A stretch of 64,000 nt of DNA. Origin: a bacterium. GTDB lineage: Bacteria > Patescibacteriota > Minisyncoccia > Phycocordibacterales > JAUSHB01. The position numbers were made by a program, and so were the translations under genes. A model generated the notes under the pieces. That model searched no databases and was not told the origin of the DNA. It was given only the letters and a program-made list of their open reading frames with translations. Within the stretch, counting starts at the first letter, position 1. Each line of letters opens with the position of its first letter. This document shows, one piece after another, positions 29,455 to 39,872 of this stretch. The stretch covers positions 7,366-71,365 of the forward strand of contig JAUSHB010000011.1 of the NCBI GenBank assembly GCA_030648955.1. Reading direction: 5' to 3'.

Positions 29455-31209
29455 TTATAGTGCCGTAACCGTGAAGTTCTTGAACTTGATATTCGCATTA
29501 TCGCCACGGATACCGACCTTGCCCGGATTCCTAATGGGGGCGCCGCCGATCGAGCCATTATCGATCGCGCGCGCAAGGAGCTTGCCATTTTCGAATAATT
29601 CAATGGTGACCGATCCGTCCGTGTTGTTTTTTACAGTCGCTTTCACATGTTGCCATGTTCCATACGACACCGGGTGCGCATTGAATGTACTCAAATTGTA
29701 ATATGTTCCGCCGTTAGATGTTCCGCCCGGTACTTTCTTCTTAATTGCAACCGTATTGTCGCGCCGATTTACCGATGCATAATACAGACTTTCCTCACTC
29801 TGGTAGCGCAAAAACACGTGTACGCCATCCCAATCAACCGCCGGCGTGTTCCCCGTTGATACGAGCCCCTGGTTCAACAGATCGAATTCAACCACAGTAT
29901 TTCCGAAATCCGCCCGCTTTGTAGTAAGTCGAAAGACCGCGGAATTATTCCCACTAGTCGAGAGAGCGTTTGGAGCGACCGTGTTAGGTACACCAGTCCA
30001 ACCAGCTCCCCCTTGGGCAAAGAGTGAACCGCTCGTCATTTCCCAAACACTTGATTTTACACTTGATGCATTTGTCGGATTCCAGTAAGCGTATTCATTC
30101 GTGAGTAGTCTGTCTGCATATTGACTGAATGCATCAGCAAAGAGTACTCGAGTATTGCTTGTAGAAATGACTGGCGAGGTAGTTGGTGTGGTTGTGGTTG
30201 CAATCGTAGGCACTGCAGGTAATTGGGCACTTATTCCCAACACAAGTGTGGTTGTTGTGAGTTTGAAATTATCAAACTCTGTATCTGCAAAATCACTTTG
30301 GATACCCACAAGCCCGGTCGCCGTGATCGGAGCTCCGTATATACTCGGGTCATCGATTGCTTCTGTTGCCAATTGCCATACGCCGGCGTTTCCTTGGTCA
30401 ACGTACAGTGAGAGCTTTGGGTTGCCCGCGGCGCTGGTTGATACATCCATGCGTAACCCAATCCATGTGCCTTTAGGAATAAGGTTAGGATTTTTAGTTG
30501 CATCATAGGTGCCGCTAAATATTTTTTTATATGCGAGCGTCTGATACACGCCATTCACTTTTTTCTTTATGACAACTCCCCCATCAGAACGAATACCGGC
30601 GTAATAATACGTGTTGTCATTAACATAGCGCGCGAGGAGCGATACACCGTTCCATGGATGGCGGTTCTGTGTGTTAGAAAGATTATCCTTATTTTCTTTT
30701 ACGTAGACCTGGACGGAGGGGTTGAGTTCCTGCTGGCGCAGAAACATTTGGAAAACATTTTGCGGGTGAATACCAAGGTCGGTTGCCACGGGATTTTTCA
30801 TCGCATAGAGCTTATTCATTGGATTACTTGCCGGAAGATTACCTGAAGTTGTTTTTCCAGTTCCGCTTGAAATAATGAGACTGCCGCCGGATGCAACCCA
30901 CCAATATGGACTAGAGCTCGATATCTGATCTGTAGTTTCATTAAGCGTTCCATCCACATGAAAATCATATGAAAATGGTAGCGTGACCGACTTACTCATC
31001 ACAGCAAAAGATATTTTTGGTATCCCACCAAGAAAAAGTGCTGTGATGCCGGCAAGAAACACTGCCCAAAGTACCATGTTACGCATTCGCGTGGTTATTT
31101 CTGTCTCCGCCGCTATAGAAGAAGTGGTGATGCTTGATGTAGTATATGGTTTGTTTTTTGTTAATCTATCCGATGCATGCGTTACGCCTGGATAATAATT
31201 ATTGTTCAT
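29455..31209 (-). CDS. exported protein with two concanavalin/LamG-like beta-sandwich domains
   Basis: two homologous domains (GV..RY....YYA..R.D..V.IKKKV; G.VGI..D....F.NF) joined by a Thr-rich linker. Confidence 0.7.
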   Translation of the reverse strand: MNNNYYPGVTHASDRLTKNKPYTTSSITTSSIAAETEITTRMRNMVLWAVFLAGITALFLGGIPKISFAVMSKSVTLPFSYDFHVDGTLNETTDQISSSSPYWWVASGGSLIISSGTGKTTSGNLPASNPMNKLYAMKNPVATDLGIHPQNVFQMFLRQQELNPSVQVYVKENKDNLSNTQNRHPWNGVSLLARYVNDNTYYYAGIRSDGGVVIKKKVNGVYQTLAYKKIFSGTYDATKNPNLIPKGTWIGLRMDVSTSAAGNPKLSLYVDQGNAGVWQLATEAIDDPSIYGAPITATGLVGIQSDFADTEFDNFKLTTTTLVLGISAQLPAVPTIATTTTPTTSPVISTSNTRVLFADAFSQYADRLLTNEYAYWNPTNASSVKSSVWEMTSGSLFAQGGAGWTGVPNTVAPNALSTSGNNSAVFRLTTKRADFGNTVVEFDLLNQGLVSTGNTPAVDWDGVHVFLRYQSEESLYYASVNRRDNTVAIKKKVPGGTSNGGTYYNLSTFNAHPVSYGTWQHVKATVKNNTDGSVTIELFENGKLLARAIDNGSIGGAPIRNPGKVGIRGDNANIKFKNFTVTAL

Positions 31210-31425
31210 TTCTTTTTTTTATGGTCTCGTCCAGGCTCAACTAATATCGTAGAAATTTCGCGTAGTTTTATTTGAGCTATACTGAGCGTTTTGATAATAT
31301 TCCCACATCGACAGTGCATGAGAACAAAAAAAGTGTATCAGTATTAATTTTTGGTCGCAAGAAAAAAATCATGCATTTTCATGCACAATACACATCTTCA
31401 TGAACATGGGCAAAATAACTTTGAA

Positions 31426-31458
31426 ACCTTAACTACATTTTCATAAAGAAAAGATGAA
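31426..31458 (-). promoter_or_regulatory. TTCAT-box promoter C (beta-sandwich protein gene)
   Basis: minus strand TTCAT-N6-TTTAT-N11-TAAGGT. Confidence 0.55.
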
Positions 31459-31576
31459 GTTACTTGTAAGTTGTCCACAGATTAAAATGAGACCAACCTG
31501 CCTAATACAGAAAATTGCAAAAACATCGCGCAGTAATAAGCACTGTAGTGTTTTTAAGAGTATATAAAAATATCTA

Positions 31577-33271
31577 CTAGAGTAAATCTTTTACCCCTTG
31601 TTCTATGGTGATTACGGGTGCGTTTTTTTGGATTAAATAATCAATAATTTGATTAAACGTGTCCGGGGTTGTACTGTATTGCTCCCCACTCGTATCAATT
31701 TGATGAAATCCCAAGATAAGCCATTCTTTATTTGCAAGAGCGGTATCGATCCATGTTTTGACATCTGCTACAGTAGTATTTACTTCAACGCCCATTCGTG
31801 GAAGCGTAAAGGGATTTTCTGTTTGTTGTGCATAATATTTGCCGGTTCCCCGTGCATTAGCAAGTCCGGCATTTTTAACAATCCCAACGACTGCATCATT
31901 ATGTTCACCGTACGGATATGCAAATGAAAGTATGGGACCCACATTGAACGCAAGAAGATCCTGGCGTGAACCCTGTATCTCACTTTGTTGTTGCGCTAAT
32001 GTTAGGCTTGGCAGGTGCGCATGCGTTCGTGTATGCGCACCGATCTCATGTCCGTTGTTGTATATATCAATTACTTGAGCAATACTCATAAATCCGGGAT
32101 ATCCATAATTAGAAAGTCTTTGACTCACAATATAGAACACCCCCTTAAGTCCGGAGCTATTCAGTTTTGGAATCGCGTTCTCGTATTGAGAGAGCGTGCC
32201 GTCGTCAAATGTCAAAGACACTGCACCTGTGGTGAAAATTCCCTTCGGGGTCGACAGTAACTGAAGTGACGTATTATCAATGGTCAGTGTACCAACCTCC
32301 GCGATCAAATGAAAAACGGTAACCGTGCTCACATTTGCAGGGACACTTAATTGAGCGGATGCGGCGGTAAACACGTTGGTTGGAGGAAGTATTTTTAAAT
32401 CTACGTAGAAAAAAGTTCCATCGGTATACTGATATTGGACAGTAAGCTTACTGGTTGCCGTTGAAATATATTGATCAGAATATACATACACTCCCGGTGA
32501 AAGCGCACGCGGGGTAAAATACCACTTAGCATCTCCACTGGTGTAGTTTGTGATCGCTACCTGTGCCGCGCGACTCCCCGAAACTCCGGGAACAGGATAG
32601 GTGAAAGTGCGCGTACTGCTTCCCCACGAACCACTGTTCCAATAGGCAGGCTTATTTGGTACATCACTACTTTCAAGATCGGGATTCAATATCAAATTGG
32701 GCGGTCCTGTTGGCAGAGGAGGAGTTATTTCATTCAATGAATAATCGTCCGTCGTGAGCACCCCCACTTGATTGATGAGATGAAAGATGGTCAGCGAAAC
32801 AGCGTTTTGAGGAACAATAAATTTAATGGTTGCATTTTGATACGCCGAATTTGGACTTAATAATAAAATGTCTTTATACATATAACCGCCTCCTGAAAGT
32901 GCGTACCGAGCAGTAATAATACTGGGAACATTTGACTGGAAATAATCAGAAAATTGATATGTGTGCCCGCTTTGAACCGCCACATCACCAAAAAACCATT
33001 TAGCATCTCCCCCCGTGTAAGTGGTAATGCTTACTTTTGCCGCATACGCATCATCGTATCCGGTGACAGGATATGAAAACACGCGCGTATTGTTTCCATA
33101 TCCACCCTTACTCCATCCGGTCGGAGATATGGGAGAAGATTTAAACGATGGATTCCCAATTAAGTTTGGCCCAACAGTTTGCGCGTGGACAGGAAGTGCA
33201 AACAAGAATGCTCCACCAAGTGTGAATATAACCAAAGAGATTATCTTTCTGTATTGTTCTGTTTTTGCCAT
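31577..33271 (-). CDS. secreted polysaccharide deacetylase (CE4) with two CBM4/9-like domains
   Basis: signal peptide; repeated NLI.NP...W..G..G...GDAKW.F; TFDDG, HEIGAHTRTH, FAYPYG. Confidence 0.88.
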   Translation of the reverse strand: MAKTEQYRKIISLVIFTLGGAFLFALPVHAQTVGPNLIGNPSFKSSPISPTGWSKGGYGNNTRVFSYPVTGYDDAYAAKVSITTYTGGDAKWFFGDVAVQSGHTYQFSDYFQSNVPSIITARYALSGGGYMYKDILLLSPNSAYQNATIKFIVPQNAVSLTIFHLINQVGVLTTDDYSLNEITPPLPTGPPNLILNPDLESSDVPNKPAYWNSGSWGSSTRTFTYPVPGVSGSRAAQVAITNYTSGDAKWYFTPRALSPGVYVYSDQYISTATSKLTVQYQYTDGTFFYVDLKILPPTNVFTAASAQLSVPANVSTVTVFHLIAEVGTLTIDNTSLQLLSTPKGIFTTGAVSLTFDDGTLSQYENAIPKLNSSGLKGVFYIVSQRLSNYGYPGFMSIAQVIDIYNNGHEIGAHTRTHAHLPSLTLAQQQSEIQGSRQDLLAFNVGPILSFAYPYGEHNDAVVGIVKNAGLANARGTGKYYAQQTENPFTLPRMGVEVNTTVADVKTWIDTALANKEWLILGFHQIDTSGEQYSTTPDTFNQIIDYLIQKNAPVITIEQGVKDLL

Positions 33272-33273
33272 AA

Positions 33274-34137
33274 TTATAGGGTGGTTATCTTGTAATTTTT
33301 AAACTCTACGTCCATAAAATCGGTGCGGATACCGATATTCCCCGCGTGTGTGAGCATCACACCGTTCGGAAGTCGACTTGGATCATCGATCACGGTAAGT
33401 ACCGTCTGCCATGTATTATGACGATAAATACCCAATTGGATCATCACCCTTGCATCAGTCTCGTTTTTAATATTCATCGAGAGACCGATCCACTCACCTA
33501 TAGGCAATACGTTTGGATTCTTTGTGCGATCGTAATCCGTCCCATTATCAAGCGTTACCGTCCCGAGCGTTTCATATAGTCCATTAAGTTTTCGTTTTAT
33601 GACCGCCGTTCCATCAACACGCACGCCCGCATAATACAAATTATCTGCATTTACATAACGCCCGAGAAATAAGACTCCATTTGATCCATTTCGCTCAGGG
33701 GATTTACTTGTCTGATATGATTTGATGTTGAAATAAAATTCTCCATAAAAGTCTTGGCGTGGAACCTTATTGATGAGCCTGAAAATGTTTTGCGGATATG
33801 ACCCATTTTCGGTATCAATAGGATCAGACAAGGCATATAACTGTCTCCACCGAGAACCGTGATAGATCGGACCCATGTGCGTTTGCCCAATTCCGTTATG
33901 TACCGAAAACGACGCGCCTGAATCAACCCACCAGCATACATCACTGCTCGCATTCATACTCTCCGCTTCTTCAAGAGAAAGTTCTAAGGGGAATGATTGG
34001 CATGTTGATGATGTACTATCGGCAAGGGTTATATTTTTATTATTAGTGATAGTTTGTACAACCACATATGTAATAAACACACTAAGGATCAAAAAACTTC
34101 CTGTAATGATTGATGTTCTATGTCTAAGGCTATTCAT
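33274..34137 (-). CDS. membrane-anchored beta-sandwich protein, paralogous to 29455-31209 domains
   Basis: WWVDSG, PQNIFRL, NGVLFLGRY..YYAGVRVDG, GNIGIRTDF. Confidence 0.75.
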   Translation of the reverse strand: MNSLRHRTSIITGSFLILSVFITYVVVQTITNNKNITLADSTSSTCQSFPLELSLEEAESMNASSDVCWWVDSGASFSVHNGIGQTHMGPIYHGSRWRQLYALSDPIDTENGSYPQNIFRLINKVPRQDFYGEFYFNIKSYQTSKSPERNGSNGVLFLGRYVNADNLYYAGVRVDGTAVIKRKLNGLYETLGTVTLDNGTDYDRTKNPNVLPIGEWIGLSMNIKNETDARVMIQLGIYRHNTWQTVLTVIDDPSRLPNGVMLTHAGNIGIRTDFMDVEFKNYKITTL

Positions 34138-34160
34138 AACGTTTATAAAAAATATGCTTA

Positions 34161-35720
34161 TTACTTCTCGATCGCTCTCGATGTTGTTTTGACTGTACTT
34201 GTGCTAGAAAAAGCAATGGACTCAACGAGCACACGGGTAACCTCTAATGCGCTTGTTCCATTCACGTGATCCCATACTTTAATCCCAATTCCACCACGAG
34301 AAAGGTGCTCATCTAGGAATTCGGTTTTTGCAAGAACATGTCCATTAATAAGACATTCCACGGTTCTCCCATACACACGAATTGATGCAATAAAACTATT
34401 TTGCTTCAGAAGATTTTCATTAGTGACCTCATTCCCTTTTATAACATTCGTTACTCCCCCCACCGTCTCTTCAACGTGGACAAGGTCATTTCCAAAATTG
34501 CATGCAGCATAATTTTCATCGTCTTGATATCGCGCCCAAAGATACAGATTGCTACCGCCATGCCAAAGAAGATTGGTACTAAATTGATAATCCTTCCACT
34601 CGTGTGAACCGTCAAGAATAATTACACTTCCCGTACCCCCCGGATTCGCCCGCACCATGAGATGACTGTTCTCAAATGCCATTTCACCCCACAGAGTGTT
34701 AATCCACCCGTCATCATTGGTTAATTTTGGATTAAACGGGATAGGCTTTGCTTCACCTTGATGTATTGTGGAAAGAAGATTTTTACCAGACCATTCTGGT
34801 AAGACACTAATACGCTTTACGAGATAATGTCCGTTTTGAGACGGAACCGGATAGTTTTGCGTAAAACGTTTAGTGGTAAAAAACTGAAAGAACGACATGG
34901 CGTATGCTTTTTCAGCAATACTCATGACTGATCGCTGTGATATATTAGTTGATTCTTGTCCTAGTTCCCCAAAGGGAAAAGCAAAGGCGATGATTGACTT
35001 TCCTAAGAGTCCCTCAAGACCTTCCTTGGATCCGACAATCTCGTTTCCAAGTTCACTTTGTGGAACTGTTTCAAGGTTACGATGGGTACGCGTATGTGAT
35101 TCTATTTCCCACCTTCCGCTTTTCTCCATTGCTTGGAGCTCACTTTTTGTCAAATAATAATTATTGGCGTCGAGTAATGAGAATTTTTCGATAGCAAACA
35201 TGACGGCATTGAAATGAAGCGCTCGGAGAATCGGGTCAACGGGATAGTATGTGTCCTTTCGTCCATCGTCAAACGTAAGAAGAAATGACTTATTGGGAAG
35301 TTTTTTCTCTCCTTTTAAAAATGAATAAAAATCATCGATTGTGACTGTTTGATAACCAGCATTCTTAAGTGTAGTCATCTGGTCAATAAATGTGTCGAGA
35401 TCAATGTTGGAACCATCCGTCGTGTTTAAAATTCCGTGATACATAAGTACGGGTACTGATTCGGCAAAATCACTTGAACGTGTTCCCGATTCAGACATAG
35501 AGGATGCTCCGTGTGTCTCAAAAACAGAACCGACCACGGAAGCCGTGTTTTCAAGAGTTTGCGCAAACACAAACATATGTGATTTAAAATAATACGCTTT
35601 GTAGTATGGCGCTGAATATGTATAAGCCTGAAAACCAAAAACAGCAATGCCATACACCAAGCAGACCATGGCAAATATAGTAAGCTTTTTATTAAATATC
35701 TTTTTGTGTGTGAAATACAT
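34161..35720 (-). CDS. PgaB/IcaB-like polysaccharide deacetylase with C-terminal beta-sandwich
   Basis: VPVLMYHG, LLTFDDG, IESHTRTH, AFAFPFG; C-terminal ARYQD...GGIGI. Confidence 0.88.
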   Translation of the reverse strand: MYFTHKKIFNKKLTIFAMVCLVYGIAVFGFQAYTYSAPYYKAYYFKSHMFVFAQTLENTASVVGSVFETHGASSMSESGTRSSDFAESVPVLMYHGILNTTDGSNIDLDTFIDQMTTLKNAGYQTVTIDDFYSFLKGEKKLPNKSFLLTFDDGRKDTYYPVDPILRALHFNAVMFAIEKFSLLDANNYYLTKSELQAMEKSGRWEIESHTRTHRNLETVPQSELGNEIVGSKEGLEGLLGKSIIAFAFPFGELGQESTNISQRSVMSIAEKAYAMSFFQFFTTKRFTQNYPVPSQNGHYLVKRISVLPEWSGKNLLSTIHQGEAKPIPFNPKLTNDDGWINTLWGEMAFENSHLMVRANPGGTGSVIILDGSHEWKDYQFSTNLLWHGGSNLYLWARYQDDENYAACNFGNDLVHVEETVGGVTNVIKGNEVTNENLLKQNSFIASIRVYGRTVECLINGHVLAKTEFLDEHLSRGGIGIKVWDHVNGTSALEVTRVLVESIAFSSTSTVKTTSRAIEK

Positions 35721-35777
35721 GGTGTTGGCAATGATGATTTAGTAAGTAAAAATACTCATGCGAAGCGCTTTGGGATC

Positions 35778-37142
35778 TTACCGTGTTCCCCATTTTGCAT
35801 CGCGAATTTTTAAAATGGCGTATGGTAACTGCCAAATCATCACGAGCGTATAGAATGTCGCAAATGCAACACCATAAATCCACTTTCGATCTTTGGTATA
35901 AACGTAGTAATAAAGCCCGTAAATAACGGCCATGAGAACAAGCCCGAGCACATAATATATAGGTAATCGATCTCTCATGATCGGATACCAAATAAAAGCC
36001 CGCGCAACAATAATAGGAGCGAGAAGTGGCAAAATAACACCGAGATAAAATGAAATACTCATAATAATATTTTTACGCCACATAAAAGTCCCCGCGACAA
36101 GGCTTTCGCGAGTCCATGATTTTTTCCAGCGTAACTGCTGTCGCATAAAGACCCCAAATGTATCAGGAACAAATGTGTGTGCGATAACATCAGGAGCAAA
36201 AATTGCATCATACCCGTAATAAAGCATATAGTTGGTGAGACTCCGATCATCGCCATAGGTGCATTTCACACCAAGAAAACGTTGGTTTTCCCATGCATTG
36301 AGAAAGGGTAAAAGATATGACCGACGATATGCCGAACAGCATCCAGAACAGCATGTTACCGCACCAAAAAGTGCTTCTGCTGCTTTGTACGCCTTAAATG
36401 CAACATAGTAGCGAACTGCCTGCATCTTGGTGAGTATATTTGTTTCTGCATTAGCAACATACGCATGTCCAGCAACAGCGCCAATCTTAGGATGACTGAA
36501 ATACTTAACTACTTTTCTGGCCGCATCGGGCTCAACAAAACTATCAGAATCGATAAAGAAAATAAGTTCTTTTGATGAACGTTTGACACACTCGGCCATT
36601 CCTTCACGTTTTCCACGATTGTCTTGCCAATCAATAACCTCTACATGAATCCCCATTGTCCGAGCCTCTTCTTTTGCCGCATACATTTCTAGGAGTGTAT
36701 TGTCGGTTGAACCGTCATTGACCGCGATGATATCGAATTTATTTTTGGGATAATCCGAAGCGGCAATACGAAGGATTGTTTCTTTGATATTCTCTCCTTC
36801 GTTTTTAGCGGGCACACCAAATGAGATAGTCGGCTCATATTCGTCAACACCTTCAAAATCAAGCGGTTTGGGGTTGTAAAAATACGCCAGAGCAAAACGC
36901 GATATGATATAGAGCGACACTGCAATACTATAGCCGGCAAATAAGATGTTGTTATCCAACTGTTTAATGGTGACAAATTTGATCAAAATAACCACATAAA
37001 TCAGGAAAAAGAATATTGCCCATATATGTATGTCGCGTTTCTTTGTTATCTTGCCGGGCGTGTGAATCTTTTGAAAGATAGCCTCGTTGGGAGGAATGCT
37101 CTGCGATTCTATGTTTTCTTGCGTGATTGATGCTACTTTCAT
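35778..37142 (-). CDS. processive GT2, hyaluronan synthase/NodC-like
   Basis: NDGSTD, GKREGM, DSDS, CCSG, GDDRSLTN, QQLRWKKSW; flanking TM helices. Confidence 0.88.
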   Translation of the reverse strand: MKVASITQENIESQSIPPNEAIFQKIHTPGKITKKRDIHIWAIFFFLIYVVILIKFVTIKQLDNNILFAGYSIAVSLYIISRFALAYFYNPKPLDFEGVDEYEPTISFGVPAKNEGENIKETILRIAASDYPKNKFDIIAVNDGSTDNTLLEMYAAKEEARTMGIHVEVIDWQDNRGKREGMAECVKRSSKELIFFIDSDSFVEPDAARKVVKYFSHPKIGAVAGHAYVANAETNILTKMQAVRYYVAFKAYKAAEALFGAVTCCSGCCSAYRRSYLLPFLNAWENQRFLGVKCTYGDDRSLTNYMLYYGYDAIFAPDVIAHTFVPDTFGVFMRQQLRWKKSWTRESLVAGTFMWRKNIIMSISFYLGVILPLLAPIIVARAFIWYPIMRDRLPIYYVLGLVLMAVIYGLYYYVYTKDRKWIYGVAFATFYTLVMIWQLPYAILKIRDAKWGTR

Positions 37143-37282
37143 AATGATCAAAATTTATATTAATAATTAGTTTTTTATTTTGTCTTTAAATCTCAAATAA
37201 TCCAGTCAATGATCCGTTGTTATTTTTATACCCTATGTGGTATATGCAAAACGTGAACCGTGTAATTGCAAAAGAAATACAC

Positions 37283-38608
37283 TCACCTTCCAATACCGGC
37301 ATAGAGAACGTTTGACATGAGAAATTTTTCTTTACTGAGACAATTTCTGCCATCGACAATAACCGAAACACCGTGCTCCTCGAGACGGCGCGGACTAAGT
37401 TCTTGCACAAACTCTTTGTGAGCAGTTGCCACGATAACCGCCGTTGCCCCCGAAAGTGCTTCATTCAAATTTTTTACATCGGAAGATCTAATGGCATACG
37501 GATCATACGACACGGGATGAGCACCTTTTGCCTTAAGCGCTTCAATAATTTTGTGTGAGGGACTTTCTCGGACATCATCAACACCTGGTTTGTACGACAT
37601 ACCCAGTACTGCGACCTTTGAACCGCGGATCACAAATCCTTTGGCACGAAGAGCTTCTTCGGTGATTTCTACGGTAAACATCGGCATATGGTTATTGATA
37701 CGGCGCGCCATTGATAAAAACTGATGATTGAAGCCGTTTTCTTTTCCACAATTGATAAGATAGTACGGATCAACGGGAATACAGTGGCCACCAACCCCGC
37801 ATCCCGGAAAATGTGGCATAAATGAAAACGGTTTTGTTGCAGCACCATTAATGACGTTCATGACATCGATGCCCATTTTTCTAAATGACATCGCAAGTTC
37901 GTTTACAAATGCAATATTTACGTCACGAAAAGAATTTTCTACTACTTTTACCGCCTCCGCTTCTTTAAGTGAACCCATTGGTTTGACGCGAGCACTCAAA
38001 ATTGATTCATAAAATCTTACGGTCTGCGCAAGCCCACGTTCAGTGGAACTACCAACAACACGGGGAATTGACTCCACATTCCACACAGTATCTCCGGGGT
38101 TAATCCGCTCCGGACAATGTGAAATTTCAAACTCAACCCCACAAGCAAATCCAGACCCTTCTTCAAGAATAGGCATGATAATATCTTCGGAAACACCAGG
38201 ATTGACCGTTGATTCAATGATGACCAACGTCCCGCGTTTCATGTGTGGGGCGATGCTTCTTCCAGCACTCGTGAGCGGTTCAAGATTCGGCATGTAATCT
38301 TCATACACCGGCGTTGGAACACATATCACAATGATCGTTGCTTCTGCTACTCGTGCGGATTCGGTGTCAAACTTCATAGTAGTCTTTTTAAGCTCCCTGG
38401 TGATTCCTTCGTCAATAAACGGTGATGTTTTTTTATGAAGCAATTCGATTTTATGAGCATCATGATCAATGCCGATAACACGATATCCCTTTCGTGCGCA
38501 TAAAAGCGCAAGGGGTAATCCAACATATCCAAGACCTACAACAGCGACTGTTTCTTTGGAAACTTTTTTGGGGGTTCTTTTTGCTTGTGAATGGCTCTTC
38601 TTTTTCAT
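37283..38608 (-). CDS. nucleotide sugar 6-dehydrogenase (UDP-HexNAc type, WbpA/TviB/WecC family)
   Basis: GLGYVGLP, CVPTP, PERINPG, ENSFRDVNIAF, GGHCIPVDP, DDVRESP. Confidence 0.92.
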   Translation of the reverse strand: MKKKSHSQAKRTPKKVSKETVAVVGLGYVGLPLALLCARKGYRVIGIDHDAHKIELLHKKTSPFIDEGITRELKKTTMKFDTESARVAEATIIVICVPTPVYEDYMPNLEPLTSAGRSIAPHMKRGTLVIIESTVNPGVSEDIIMPILEEGSGFACGVEFEISHCPERINPGDTVWNVESIPRVVGSSTERGLAQTVRFYESILSARVKPMGSLKEAEAVKVVENSFRDVNIAFVNELAMSFRKMGIDVMNVINGAATKPFSFMPHFPGCGVGGHCIPVDPYYLINCGKENGFNHQFLSMARRINNHMPMFTVEITEEALRAKGFVIRGSKVAVLGMSYKPGVDDVRESPSHKIIEALKAKGAHPVSYDPYAIRSSDVKNLNEALSGATAVIVATAHKEFVQELSPRRLEEHGVSVIVDGRNCLSKEKFLMSNVLYAGIGR

Positions 38609-38693
38609 ATGGGTATTACATTCGTAAATGTATCTGTATTAAAAAATAAATATATTAAAGAGTGATAGAGACAAAAATCATCTTCAATTCATG

Positions 38694-38726
38694 ATGTTAT
38701 ACTAATGACCATGAAGAAGTGTTGAA
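38694..38726 (-). promoter_or_regulatory. TTCAT-box promoter D (EPS operon)
   Basis: minus strand TTCAA-N6-TTCAT-N11-TAACAT. Confidence 0.6.
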
Positions 38727-38970
38727 GTACGTTTTTGTAGAAAACGCGATCAAGGGAAAATATACGCGCTACTATCCATGAGGAAGAAGAAAATAAAACA
38801 TGAGAAAACATGACGACCCTTCATAAATACGCCTACATCTTGAATACCATGGGATTCATATAAACAGAATAATATCCTTTGTTTCTAGGCTATATTTAAA
38901 ATAATTCTCTAAATAATGAAGTGCGTATGAAAAAAAGATAACCATGGTATCATTAAAAAGATGAAGTTTC

Positions 38971-39003
38971 TTCATCTTTTTCTCATCACCTATTTGAGAT
39001 ACT
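38971..39003 (+). promoter_or_regulatory. TTCAT-box promoter E (response regulator, autoregulation)
   Basis: TTCAT-N6-CTCAT-N11-GATACT; overlaps palindrome AAAAAGATGAAG-ttt-CTTCATCTTTTT. Confidence 0.6.
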
Positions 39004-39188
39004 GTGTGCTAGTAAAAATAAGCAATAAAGGAAGTAAAAAGTGCAGCACTAAAAATGCATTTAAATTTTAAAAAAAATCTTTTGCGAATGTGGTCTCAAT
39101 CGCACCTCAAAAATTCTTTAAAACTTAGATGCGTAATTTTTGATCGAAGAACGTTCTCTATTAACAACAGTCAATAAGTACCACACCT

Positions 39189-39872
39189 ATGAGAATTTTA
39201 ATTGTTGAGGATGACGAAAAATTAGCAGCCCGTCTCAAGAAAGGTCTTGAAAATAAAGGGTTCGCGGTTGACCTTGTGACCGATGGCCTTAAGGCAGTAA
39301 CACGAATTAGTTTATACCGTACGATATATGAAGTGATCGTATTAGACCTCATGCTTCCTGAAAAAGATGGTTTTGACGTGTGTATTGAAGTACGAAGGCT
39401 TGGAATTAAAATACCTATTCTGGTGCTTACCGCTCGTCAGGATACCGAAGACAAAGTACGAGCGCTTGATAGCGGCGCTGATGATTATCTCGTAAAGCCG
39501 TTTTCAATAGAAGAACTTAGCGCGAGAATTCGCGCACTCACAAGACGTCCCGAAAATCAACTTCCGGTAGTGCTTCAGGTTGGTCCGATCGTACTTCATG
39601 TTAATACCAAAAAGGTGTATTGTAACAATAAGGAGATTTCTCTTACCCTTAAAGAGTTCAGCATCCTTGAATATATGATGCGACACCCCGACCAGGTCCT
39701 TAATCGGGAACAAATCATGGACCATATTTGGGGATTTGATTTCAATTCATTTAGCAACGTGGTTGATGTTCATGTGAAAAATCTACGGAAAAAACTAACC
39801 TATGGAAAAAATAAACCTGTCATCGAAACCGTCTGGGGATTCGGCTATCGACTCAATAAAGACGTTTCCTAG
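39189..39872 (+). CDS. OmpR/PhoB-family response regulator
   Basis: ILIVEDD, LDLMLP, GADDYLVKPF, LTLKEF, VDVHVKNLRKK, ETVWGFGY. Confidence 0.95.
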   Translation: MRILIVEDDEKLAARLKKGLENKGFAVDLVTDGLKAVTRISLYRTIYEVIVLDLMLPEKDGFDVCIEVRRLGIKIPILVLTARQDTEDKVRALDSGADDYLVKPFSIEELSARIRALTRRPENQLPVVLQVGPIVLHVNTKKVYCNNKEISLTLKEFSILEYMMRHPDQVLNREQIMDHIWGFDFNSFSNVVDVHVKNLRKKLTYGKNKPVIETVWGFGYRLNKDVS

